Position numbers and translations under genes: made by a program
The notes under the pieces: generated by a model
Databases searched by the model: none
What the model was told of the DNA's origin: nothing
What the model saw: the letters and a program-made list of their open reading frames with translations, nothing else
Source: Candidatus Saccharimonadota bacterium
GTDB taxonomy: Bacteria; Patescibacteriota; Microgenomatia; UBA1406; GWC2-37-13
Length of the DNA: 32,000 nt
Direction: 5' to 3'
Assembly: GCA_016699265.1 (NCBI GenBank)
Contig: CP064967.1
Coordinates: 780,001 to 812,000 of the forward strand
Part shown: in pieces, positions 1-8,573 of the stretch
Layout: each line of letters starts with the position of its first letter
How positions within the stretch are numbered: position 1 is the first letter of the stretch

Positions 1-1
1 A

Positions 2-529
2 AATATCTACGGCGTGGCCACATTCTATAGAGCATCACTATTCACACTTCAGAGAACAAAAAGCTTCAATCTACCAAGTAGCGTCATTCAGATGATAACG
101 TTTTTACTGAAAAATAGAACCAATCCACGCACCGTTCTACGCACAGACTTCATAATTAAAAAAAATAGGATACCAGTTTGCACCTACAACATCCACTTCT
201 CCCCCAACGCCACAAATTCGTTGCGAATCAAGCAGTTAAATAACACTCTCAGTGACCTTACAGTACCAAAGAAAAGCCCTTTAATTATTGCTGGAGACTT
301 CAACTATCCCTACGGAAGACGAAAACTTGAAGATATTCTGAGCAAACACCATCTTCATGAAGCTACTAACAACATTTTTTATACATCGAGACAGACATTC
401 TTTAAGAAATTTGCAATAAAACTTAAGCTAGACTACGTTTTCTATCGAAATCTGAAGCTAATTTCTAACAAAAGAGTGGAGGTCTTTCACTCGGATCACT
501 TCCCAATCTTATCTAAGTTCGAAGTTTAG
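2..529 (+). CDS. endonuclease/exonuclease/phosphatase (EEP) family protein, 5'-truncated by window edge
   Basis: The frame is open from nt 2; the listed ORF begins at an internal GTG at 14. C-terminal EEP signatures IIAGDFNYP and HSDHFPILSKF are present. The N-terminal catalytic half must lie upstream of the window. Confidence 0.6.
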   Translation, partial: NIYGVATFYRASLFTLQRTKSFNLPSSVIQMITFLLKNRTNPRTVLRTDFIIKKNRIPVCTYNIHFSPNATNSLRIKQLNNTLSDLTVPKKSPLIIAGDFNYPYGRRKLEDILSKHHLHEATNNIFYTSRQTFFKKFAIKLKLDYVFYRNLKLISNKRVEVFHSDHFPILSKFEV

Positions 530-1281
530 TGGCCTTTTTTGTGCGTTCCGAAGGTATAGTCATCGGCAGCTTTGTTCGTCCCGTCTGGCGAGAGTAAACT
601 GTCAAAATAACCCTTGGCCCAGTAGTAAAGCATCTTAATTCTTCCAATCTCATGTAAGCGACGTGCTGACGCGTACACAAACGGTCTATATAAGAACTTG
701 AACTTTGCTCCGGCCTTTAGAACTCGGTTACTCAGATCGATATCCTCAGCCATACGTAGTCCCTCCTTAAAACCATTTACCTTCTCAAACACATCCTTAC
801 TCACGAAAAGAAAGGTTCCACTGCAAAATGGATTAAACAACATATATACCGAGTAGAAAGCAAATGTTGCAAAGGTCCAAAGGTAGTCTAGGACATTAAA
901 TTTCGATGGAACATGAAGGACAAATGCTAACATCGACCTATCAGATGGAATTTTCTTCAAAAAATCGTTTAAGAAATGGGGTGGAAGATAAATGTCGCAG
1001 TCGATAAAGAGCATGTGATCGTACATCGCCTTTGTTGAGCCTTCATTTCTCGCTCCTCCGATCGTCCTGTCATGAGAGCTCACAATGGCAAAATCAGTGA
1101 ATTTGGAGCTATATGTCTTCGCTATCTTAACGGTATCATCCGTCGACTCCCCATCGGCCACAATTACCTGAAGCTTGCCGTCCCATTTTTGTGCAGCTAG
1201 ATGATCTAGTACCTTTGGGAGATAATGCTCTTCGTTTAAAGTTGGGATAATGATACTTAACTCTTTAATTAACTCTGACAT
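526..1281 (-). CDS. family 2 glycosyltransferase
   Basis: N-terminal LSIIIPTLNEEHYLPKVLDHL and VADGESTDDT motifs are typical of GT2 (GT-A fold). Its TAA shares the tetranucleotide TTAG with the convergent EEP stop. Confidence 0.8.
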   Translation of the reverse strand: MSELIKELSIIIPTLNEEHYLPKVLDHLAAQKWDGKLQVIVADGESTDDTVKIAKTYSSKFTDFAIVSSHDRTIGGARNEGSTKAMYDHMLFIDCDIYLPPHFLNDFLKKIPSDRSMLAFVLHVPSKFNVLDYLWTFATFAFYSVYMLFNPFCSGTFLFVSKDVFEKVNGFKEGLRMAEDIDLSNRVLKAGAKFKFLYRPFVYASARRLHEIGRIKMLYYWAKGYFDSLLSPDGTNKAADDYTFGTHKKGH

Positions 1282-1337
1282 ATGTGTTGACTACAAAATC
1301 ATATTATAATCATATATCGATCTCGATACTAACAACA

Positions 1338-2573
1338 ATGAAATCAAAAATAATAAGCATACTCTTTACCATTGTTATACTAGATCTTCTCGGATTTGGG
1401 ATAATCATCCCCATTCTGCCCGTACTTTTCATAAAAACACAGTTTAATCTCGCGATTCTTCATCAGTTATTTCCGTTAGTTAAACAGGAGTATATACTTT
1501 ACGGACTCATTGTTGCCGCGTATCCCTTTGCTCAGTTTTTTTCTGCTCCGATATTAGGCCAGCTCTCAGATAAATATGGACGAAAACAGATACTTTTTTA
1601 CTGCCTTGCCGCAACCTCTCTATCCTATTTTTTGGCAGTTTTAGGAATTAGAATGACCAGCTTTCCGATACTTCTTTTATCACGGGTGCTTGGGGGAATT
1701 ATGGGAGGCAATATTGCGATTGCGCAGGCTGTTGCGGCGGATATCACCGAGGTTAAAGACAGAACAAGAGTCTACGGACTACTTGGGGCAGCTTTTGGAA
1801 TTGGCTTTATACTCGGACCGTACCTCGGTGGGAAGCTATCCGACTCAAATTTAGTTAGCTGGTTCCACCTCGATACTCCATTTCTGATGGCTGGACTACT
1901 CAGCTTTGTGAGCGTAGTTGTCACATGGCTTTTTTTACCAGAAACTCATCCTTATGAAAAAAGACAACTTAAACTTCGCTTCGGCCAGTCCATCTCTGAC
2001 ATAAAAGCAGCTCTAAGTCACAAGAGACTAAATACGCTTTTTTTGGTCGGATTTCTTTTCCAGTTCGCTTTCACTATGTTCGTATCATTTTTCGGAGTCT
2101 TACTTTTTAAGCGGTATAGTTTTACTCAAGTCTCCATTGGTGAGTATTTTGCCTTTGCAGGCCTGTGGATAGCGATAACCCAAATCTTTCTTACTAAATT
2201 CATAAGTCGTGTGTTGGGTAACAAAGCGATGCTTGCATTCGGACTTCTAGGCTGTTGCACAATGACATTTCTCCTGTTGCCGAAGGTGGAAATCTTACAC
2301 CTATATGTAATCACCGCATTGTTTGCTGTTACGAACGGCCTTACTCAAACCGGAATCATTTCACTTCTTAGTATTAATAATGAGTCTTCGTCCCAAGGAA
2401 AAGTGCTGGGAATCAACGCGAGTCTATATGCGCTTGCTCAGTCAATTCCTCCGGCAATTTCTGGTATCATTGCTACTGCATACAGTGTCACAACGCCAAT
2501 AATGATCGCAGGATTCATAATGGCATTATCATTTATCTATTACATAGGTCGCTATAAAGCGGTTCATGATTGA
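1338..2573 (+). CDS. MFS transporter (TetA/DHA1-like)
   Basis: Multi-TM hydrophobic profile with MFS motif A GQLSDKYGRKQILF. Start placed at ATG 1338 (MKSKIISILF...), because 1284 is a GTG inside the divergent promoter spacer. Confidence 0.8.
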   Translation: MKSKIISILFTIVILDLLGFGIIIPILPVLFIKTQFNLAILHQLFPLVKQEYILYGLIVAAYPFAQFFSAPILGQLSDKYGRKQILFYCLAATSLSYFLAVLGIRMTSFPILLLSRVLGGIMGGNIAIAQAVAADITEVKDRTRVYGLLGAAFGIGFILGPYLGGKLSDSNLVSWFHLDTPFLMAGLLSFVSVVVTWLFLPETHPYEKRQLKLRFGQSISDIKAALSHKRLNTLFLVGFLFQFAFTMFVSFFGVLLFKRYSFTQVSIGEYFAFAGLWIAITQIFLTKFISRVLGNKAMLAFGLLGCCTMTFLLLPKVEILHLYVITALFAVTNGLTQTGIISLLSINNESSSQGKVLGINASLYALAQSIPPAISGIIATAYSVTTPIMIAGFIMALSFIYYIGRYKAVHD

Positions 2574-3255
2574 TTATATGAAAGTATCGGTTATTGTCCC
2601 AACCTTCAATGAAGAGAAATATATTCGAGCATGTTTGGAAAGCCTTCAGAATCAAACTATAAAAGCTGCTGAGATTATTGTCGTGGACAATAACTGCACC
2701 GATAATACCATTGCTATTGCCTCCGAGTTTGATGTGCGAATAGTGAAGGAGACTAGACAGGGAATGACCTATTCGCGAGCGAAGGGCTTCAGCTCGGCAA
2801 AATCAGAAGTACTAGCGCGCTGCGATGCGGACTCAATTCTTCCACCAAACTGGATTGAACGTATCGTTTACAATTTTACGAAGCGAAAAAAGATCGATGG
2901 GCTAATTGGTCTAACCACAATCTACGACTTTCCAGTTAAGAACATTAAGCCCCTTTTTAAGGCTTCCATCTACTTATTTAAGGAGATCTCTGGATACTTT
3001 CCTCTTTTTGGCACAAGCATGGCTATATCCAAAAAAATTTGGGACGAAATAAAAGATGAACTTTGCGATGACAATGCCGAGTTCCATGAAGACATCGATA
3101 TTAGTGTTCACATCAATAAACATAATGGAGTTATAATGTTCGATCCTCACTTCGAAGCTCAGTTTTCTGCTCGAAGAATAAAGAGAGATCCGTATGAGTT
3201 TTTGGTGGAGTATCCTGCCCGAACTTTGAAGACATATAGAGGACACAATGTGTAG
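2566..3255 (+). CDS. family 2 glycosyltransferase
   Basis: VSVIVPTFNEEKYIRACLESL, VVDNNCTDNT and ARCDADS motifs. The ATG overlaps the MFS stop (ATGATTGA). ATG 2578 is an alternative start. Confidence 0.8.
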   Translation: MIDYMKVSVIVPTFNEEKYIRACLESLQNQTIKAAEIIVVDNNCTDNTIAIASEFDVRIVKETRQGMTYSRAKGFSSAKSEVLARCDADSILPPNWIERIVYNFTKRKKIDGLIGLTTIYDFPVKNIKPLFKASIYLFKEISGYFPLFGTSMAISKKIWDEIKDELCDDNAEFHEDIDISVHINKHNGVIMFDPHFEAQFSARRIKRDPYEFLVEYPARTLKTYRGHNV

Positions 3256-3352
3256 TAAATTTCTAAGTACTCTAAGTGCTCTAATTAACCTAAACAAATC
3301 TCAAGCACTAAGTTCAGATTGGGATTCGGGTATTATTTAGGTCAATTCCCCG

Positions 3353-5080
3353 TTATTTCTTCTGCGCCTCAAACATCTCGTTATATTCATCAAGAGTGGT
3401 TACATCCTCTGGACGTTTGTCGTCACGAAATCTTTCCAACCGTGGAAATCGTAATGCATATTTTGCGGTATGAACAGAGGATCGGGTGAGTTCATCCGCC
3501 TTAATTTCCATAACTATTCCTGGCTTTACCCAGACGTCACAGGAAGCCGCATCATTCACATCATAGAGCGCTGGTTTAGTTGAAGCTTTCAACTTAGAAC
3601 TTTGAGCTTTAAGAGTTCTCCATTCGTCGTCAGTCAGTCCAGTTCCTATTTTTGCCGCAGTTAAAAATCGGTCATTTTTATCATCATAAATTCCGACCAA
3701 AAATGCTCCTATACCAAATCCAGTACGCTTTCCTTTCCCATAGTCGTACCCCATCACGAGACAGTCGATCGTATCATCAATCTTCGATGAGTAACTTCGC
3801 TTAAACTTGATCCAGTTCCATCCCCTTGCTCCAGACTGATACACTCCGTCTAGTTTTTTTGCAAGAATCCCTTCAAGTCCATGCTCTATCGCATCGTCAA
3901 ACATCTTTTCAACGATTTTCGGATCATTAACCACAGTATCGCTCGATAACAATATCCTGTTCTTCTTATTCTTAGAACTAGAGGTAATGAGCGTTGCCAG
4001 TTTTTTTCTTCGCTCATTAAATGGCTCGTCAATATAGCTTTTACCATTGTGATAGAGAAGGTCGAAGATGAACAGTCGCAGAGGTATCTCTAGTGCTTTT
4101 TCTTCAATTCCGTGCTTTCGTTTACGCTGTGAAGTTTCCTGAAAAGGAAGTAGCTTGTTCGTCTTAGGATCGTATCCAATCGCTTCTCCCTCAAAGATAA
4201 TATCATCATCTTTAACCTCATGCTTTATGGCTTCAACAAGGTCCGGAAACATGTGCGTTACATCCTCTAGATTTCGCGATATCATCTTTACTCTTTTTCC
4301 CCCGTAATGGATCTGCAGTCTAAAACCGTCATACTTCGGCTCGATCGAACATTCTCCAATCTTCTCAATAATCTCTACGCCAGATGATAGTCTTTCCGCC
4401 CTCATCATAATAATTGGGGTAAACATGGTTGGATGTACAGACACGAGGCCTTTCATCCCTTTACTCTTAATAACCTCGCCAATAAATCCAATATCTGGTC
4501 TCACATGATAGGCCTGCTCAATTTTTTTTCGTAATGTCTTGTCCTCAGCTATCAACCACGAAAATGCATCAAGAACAGTCATATCCGAAAACCCAATACG
4601 AAGAGCTCCTATCGGTATTCTGGCGAGGTATCTGCAGGATAAAGGGTCAAGCTGTCTAATCAACTGAGCCAAAATATTGCTTTTTCGCTCCTGTGAACCT
4701 TCGCCATTTTGCTCTGCAATTAATCGCAACTGATCGAATACCGTTCTCAGATCTAAATCTTCTTCCTCGAAGGAACTGAACTGCTTCTTGAAATGCTCAA
4801 CCGTAAGCCCAACATCTCCTATTTTTCCAAGCTCTGAGTCAAAGTATTTTTTCTCTATATTCATTGCGCTCACTGCACTTTTCACTATACTCTTTTCTGC
4901 CACTCCAAACTCTACCGATTCATAAAGTGGTGCCACTCTACCCTGCATTAAGTATAGCCCCATTCCTATCTCATCAGCTTGAAGTAGTTTAAATAGATTT
5001 GCAAGAAGACGAGTTATTTCATTTCTTGACGAGACATTTTCTATCTCCTCAAGATGTTTCGCGAATACAGAAAATTTCAT
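3353..5080 (-). CDS. lig: ATP-dependent DNA ligase (three-domain, archaeal/eukaryotic type)
   Basis: Motif I EPKYDGFRLQIH (KxDG), EGEAIGYD, LFIFDLLYHNG, EGILAKKLDGVYQSGARGWNWIKFK, OB-fold region DCLVMGYDYGKGKRTGFGIGAFLVG, and motif VI LRFPRLERFRDDKRPEDV. The N-terminal DNA-binding domain starts MKFSVFAKHLEEIE at ATG 5080. The 104 codons upstream in the 679-aa ORF are a Fic C-terminal remnant, not ligase. Confidence 0.85.
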   Translation of the reverse strand: MKFSVFAKHLEEIENVSSRNEITRLLANLFKLLQADEIGMGLYLMQGRVAPLYESVEFGVAEKSIVKSAVSAMNIEKKYFDSELGKIGDVGLTVEHFKKQFSSFEEEDLDLRTVFDQLRLIAEQNGEGSQERKSNILAQLIRQLDPLSCRYLARIPIGALRIGFSDMTVLDAFSWLIAEDKTLRKKIEQAYHVRPDIGFIGEVIKSKGMKGLVSVHPTMFTPIIMMRAERLSSGVEIIEKIGECSIEPKYDGFRLQIHYGGKRVKMISRNLEDVTHMFPDLVEAIKHEVKDDDIIFEGEAIGYDPKTNKLLPFQETSQRKRKHGIEEKALEIPLRLFIFDLLYHNGKSYIDEPFNERRKKLATLITSSSKNKKNRILLSSDTVVNDPKIVEKMFDDAIEHGLEGILAKKLDGVYQSGARGWNWIKFKRSYSSKIDDTIDCLVMGYDYGKGKRTGFGIGAFLVGIYDDKNDRFLTAAKIGTGLTDDEWRTLKAQSSKLKASTKPALYDVNDAASCDVWVKPGIVMEIKADELTRSSVHTAKYALRFPRLERFRDDKRPEDVTTLDEYNEMFEAQKK

Positions 5081-5088
5081 ATAAAATT

Positions 5089-6128
5089 CTAAACCATTAC
5101 ATAGCGAGCAGCCTTTGTGCTTCCAACTTTTTGATAAGATCTTTTTAATAAGATCCTGTATGTCTCTCAAAATTGTGTCCTCAGATACATCTTGAATAAC
5201 CGTTCCGAACGACTGATTCTGAAGATATCCAACCTCCTGAATATACTCGACCAACTTTACCTGCCGATCATTGAGATAGATCTGTTTACCACCAAATCGC
5301 TCCTTCATTTTAACGTCCCGTGAAAGTTTGAGAACCTTTTCCTTTACCTTGTCGAACTCTATTGCCGCCCCCAGGTGAAATATTCGAGCCATGCAGTTAA
5401 ATCTCCAGCCGAAGCTTTCTGTAAATTTTCGTAGTAGGAATGTGAGTCTTTATCATAATATTCTTCAAGTGAAAAAATCTTCGGATATCATATCCTCCTA
5501 GTAACATTATTAAAGTAGCTAGGACTCTCGCAACTCTTCCATTTCCATCAACAAAGGGATGAATTCTCACAAGCTCATGGTGTGCTATTCCTGCCTTTAG
5601 AACAGGATGAAGTTCTGTTGTACTATCTCGATTTAGCCAGTAAGTAAACTCACGCATCAAGAATGGCACATCAATTGCGGAAGGCGGAGTGAAGGTAACC
5701 TCTCCTGTTTGGGAATTTTTTACGACGACCTGCTTTGTTCTATATTCACCCGACATCGCTTCATCTAGCACTTTAGTAACGATTATGCGATGAACTTTTT
5801 TGATGAATGGCTCTGTAATATTCTCGATTTTTTTTCGTACTTCTTCATCGATCAACTCAATTACCTTGCGGTAATTAATAATCTCCTGAATATCTCGGGG
5901 TCGCGCCACAACGTCCTTTCCCATAAGAACATCTTTGGCTTCATCTTTTTGCAGCTGGTTTCCCTCTAAGTGCGTTCCGTGATAAACAGCGCGTACTACC
6001 GCGTCTTCCTTAAACTGCTTCTCCCAAAGTGGTAAAAGAGGCGCATGTTTAATAACTTCCTCTGCTGCCTCTATTTTAGATATCGATGAAAGTATCTTAT
6101 TGGTGATAATAAATGAAGGACTCTGCAT
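5089..6128 (-). pseudogene. Fic/DOC family protein (AMPylase type with C-terminal winged-helix), disrupted by three frameshifts
   Basis: Fic core HPFVDGNGRVARVLATLIMLL; the likely start is ATG 6128 (MQSPSFIITNKIL). After GGYDIRRF the conserved continuation FSLEEYYDKDSHSYYENLQKASAGDLTAWLEYF is in the -1 frame (T6 run; + strand A6 at 5472-5477). The next part, LGAAIEFDKVKEKVL...DVSEDTILRDIQDLIKK, is -1 again (shift within 5368-5382). The terminal KVGSTKAARYVMV-TAG (5089-5091) is +1 (A5 run, + strand T5 at 5128-5132). Confidence 0.7.
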
Positions 6129-6223
6129 GCGGTAATTATAGTCGCGTATCGCGAATCGTACAACGCGAATCGCAAGAATTATTATTGCTTGCGCCACACG
6201 CTACACGTTTCGCACTCTACGAC

Positions 6224-6949
6224 CTACCGTCCAAATCTTCTCTGTCGTTGATTGTACTCATCGATACATTTTTTCAGTTCGTCGACCGTGAAGTCGGGAA
6301 GATGAATCGGGGGAAACATGTATTCACTGTAAGCAGACTGCCAACTCATGAAACCAGATGTTCTCATCTCACCACTTGTTCTAATGATCAAATCCGGGTC
6401 TGGATATGGAAAGTCTTTAGTATCGAGAAACTGTTCGAAATCGCTTTCACTAAGAATTTTTCCCGATTCCTCAGAATCGCGGATCCCGACTTCGTGTCGG
6501 GAGAACTTAGAACTTAGAACTTGCTGAGTTGCTCTCAGCAGTTCATCTCTTCCGCCGTAATCAAGCGCAACGCCTAGATAAAACTTGGTAAAGTGCTTCG
6601 TCTTCTCTTCAGCCTCCTCCAACTTCTTACGTAGAGACTCGTTTAGTCGATCCTTTCGTCCGAGATGAATGATTCGAATTTCCTCTTTTAACGCAGTTTT
6701 CAGGTCTATGTCGAGCCAGCGTTCATATATGCCCATAAGATAATCTATCTCGCTTTTGTCTCTGTTCCAGTTTTCGGTAGAAAAAGCCCAGACCGTTAGA
6801 ATTCTTACATTAATACTTCGAAGATACTTAGCGAGCTTTTGAATCATCTCGAATCCCCTTCGATGCCCTTCAATTGTTGGGAGTCCATTAAGCTTAGCCC
6901 ATCTTCTGTTGCCGTCAGGAATTATCGCAATGTGTTGTAATTGCTTCAT
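6224..6949 (-). CDS. uppS: undecaprenyl (di-trans,poly-cis-polyprenyl) diphosphate synthase
   Basis: HIAIIPDGNRRWA, TVWAFSTENWNR, IIRTSGEMRTSGFMSWQSAYSEYMF and C-terminal RQRRFGR are canonical cis-prenyltransferase motifs. Confidence 0.9.
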   Translation of the reverse strand: MKQLQHIAIIPDGNRRWAKLNGLPTIEGHRRGFEMIQKLAKYLRSINVRILTVWAFSTENWNRDKSEIDYLMGIYERWLDIDLKTALKEEIRIIHLGRKDRLNESLRKKLEEAEEKTKHFTKFYLGVALDYGGRDELLRATQQVLSSKFSRHEVGIRDSEESGKILSESDFEQFLDTKDFPYPDPDLIIRTSGEMRTSGFMSWQSAYSEYMFPPIHLPDFTVDELKKCIDEYNQRQRRFGR

Positions 6950-7037
6950 AGTTATATTGCTACATAGCTAACCATGCAACGATCTATTATAACGTGCTTA
7001 GGTTGCAACAATTCGACAATTTTTATAGACTTTATCT

Positions 7038-7346
7038 ATGAACTCTCGCTTGCTAGCCGTGATTGACATCAGCCAGCCATCGGTCAATCCGGTAGCACAG
7101 TTTGGGGATATCGGAACACTCCTCAATCAAATTCTTCCAACGATTATGATTGCTGCCTCTCTAGTTTTCTTGGCAATCCTCCTATATGGAGCGTTTACTT
7201 TCGTCACCAGCAGCGGGGAGCAAGAAAAAATCCAAAAAGCTCGAAAAACAATTACCTACTCACTCGTTGGACTCGTTCTGATATTCTTAAGCTATCTAAT
7301 CGTACAGGTAGTAAGCATGATCACGGGAATAACTTTATTTATATAA
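7038..7346 (+). CDS. small two-TM protein, TrbC/VirB2-like 'T4SS pilin' family
   Basis: Two hydrophobic helices flank FVTSSGEQEKIQKARKTI. It has the same architecture and motif as the downstream paralogue. Confidence 0.55.
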   Translation: MNSRLLAVIDISQPSVNPVAQFGDIGTLLNQILPTIMIAASLVFLAILLYGAFTFVTSSGEQEKIQKARKTITYSLVGLVLIFLSYLIVQVVSMITGITLFI

Positions 7347-7349
7347 ACT

Positions 7350-7754
7350 ATGGGAAATGTAGAGGATGTATTCGGAAAAATTACTCCACCAGTACGAGGT
7401 CTTGGAGGCTCAAATCCTGGACAAGATATTTCCACTCTCATTGCTGGATTAATTAACACTTTTCTTGTAGCAATTGGGATTCTCGCATTGGTTTACATGA
7501 TGTGGGGAGCTATTAGTTGGGTAACATCAAGTGGCGATAAGGATAGACTACAAAAAGCACAGGCCCGTATTCGAAGCGCTCTTATTGGAATCTTTATTGC
7601 AATTGTTGTCTTAGTATTGTTTAACGCGGTGTTCAGTATTGCCTTTCCAAACTCTGGAATAATTACCCCTTCAAACGGAGGTTTCAATTTTTCAATACCG
7701 AGTTTTAATAGCTCGCCCTCCAGAAACGTAGAGCCTAGGTTTGGCCCTCGGTAA
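7350..7754 (+). CDS. small two-TM protein, TrbC/VirB2-like 'T4SS pilin' family (paralogue)
   Basis: WVTSSGDKDRLQKAQARI lies between two TM helices, 3 nt after the first copy. It has an extra Ser/Pro/Asn-rich C-terminal tail. Confidence 0.55.
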   Translation: MGNVEDVFGKITPPVRGLGGSNPGQDISTLIAGLINTFLVAIGILALVYMMWGAISWVTSSGDKDRLQKAQARIRSALIGIFIAIVVLVLFNAVFSIAFPNSGIITPSNGGFNFSIPSFNSSPSRNVEPRFGPR

Positions 7755-7769
7755 TCTATACTCGGATAA

Positions 7770-8573
7770 CTACGATACAGTCGTCCCTAAACCTTCATTC
7801 TTTAGTAATATTTTAGTTAGCACATCCTTCTCATTTCCGTTGACGATATGTGTCTGAATTCCTAATGAAGCAAGTTTCAATGCTTCTGTAATTTTTTGCC
7901 TCATGCCACCGGTCACATCAAATCCTTTTGTGTTATATAGGTATTTTTCGTTTTTCAAGAAAGATATTTTGTCTACTTTTTGTATTACCGAGCCATCCTC
8001 CCTCTGAAATCCATCTATCGATGTCAGATATATGACCTTAGCAACCTGAATCTTCTTGCGTGAAAATTGTTTTATGAGCTCATGAAAGATTGTTTCGGTA
8101 GACAATATGCAGCATCCCGACTGCTCATCGGTAACGATATTTCCATAGATGCTTGGAGTTATTCCTAGAGTTAAGGCATTAATTATTGGCTCTACTAAGC
8201 ATTTTTTAAACTTCCCACCTCTCATTAAGAACATGGAAGACGGATGAAATGCTTGTATGAGTGGGTGATGCACCATAATATTCTTCACAATTAAATGATT
8301 CAGATCCGTATCGTAGTATTGCTCTGTGGAAAACCCCTCAATTTGGTCCTTTGTATGGATTCCGTGCACAAGATCGTATTTGTCAGCAAAATAGTGACCG
8401 AAGGATCCCGCTCCATTACCAATCACGAACGAGTGCTCATCGGACATTTCTTTCGCTACTCGACCGAACTGTTTAGAAAGACTTTCTATCGTCGATAGAT
8501 TTGGAGTTAAAGGTATACTTTTATCGGTAATAATACTTCCACCAAACTTAATGAAAATTATTTTTTTCATCAT
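7770..8573 (-). CDS. isopentenyl phosphate kinase (amino-acid-kinase fold)
   Basis: IKFGGSIITDK, GNGAGSFGH, PSS, YGNIVTDEQSG..ILSTE, SIDGF, DVTGGMRQKI and NG..GT are collinear with archaeal IPK as I recall it (e.g. M. jannaschii). The ATG overlaps the ispH TGA (ATGA). Confidence 0.75.
   Translation of the reverse strand: MMKKIIFIKFGGSIITDKSIPLTPNLSTIESLSKQFGRVAKEMSDEHSFVIGNGAGSFGHYFADKYDLVHGIHTKDQIEGFSTEQYYDTDLNHLIVKNIMVHHPLIQAFHPSSMFLMRGGKFKKCLVEPIINALTLGITPSIYGNIVTDEQSGCCILSTETIFHELIKQFSRKKIQVAKVIYLTSIDGFQREDGSVIQKVDKISFLKNEKYLYNTKGFDVTGGMRQKITEALKLASLGIQTHIVNGNEKDVLTKILLKNEGLGTTVS

Noticed and set aside
3353-5392. The 679-aa ORF read as a genuine fusion of an N-terminal winged-helix domain to the DNA ligase.
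   Set aside because: The extra 104 residues are collinear with the C-terminal part of the upstream Fic protein. They are in frame with the ligase only because of frameshifts. The Fic tail continues in another frame to its own TAG at 5089-5091. The ligase has a normal N-terminus at ATG 5080 with a -10 box in front.
5472-5477. Programmed -1 ribosomal frameshift or transcriptional slippage at the T6 run of the Fic gene.
   Set aside because: Three separate shifts are needed, two -1 and one +1. There is no canonical X_XXY_YYZ heptamer in the zero frame and no obvious downstream stimulatory structure. The runs (3-6 nt) are too short for efficient polymerase slippage.
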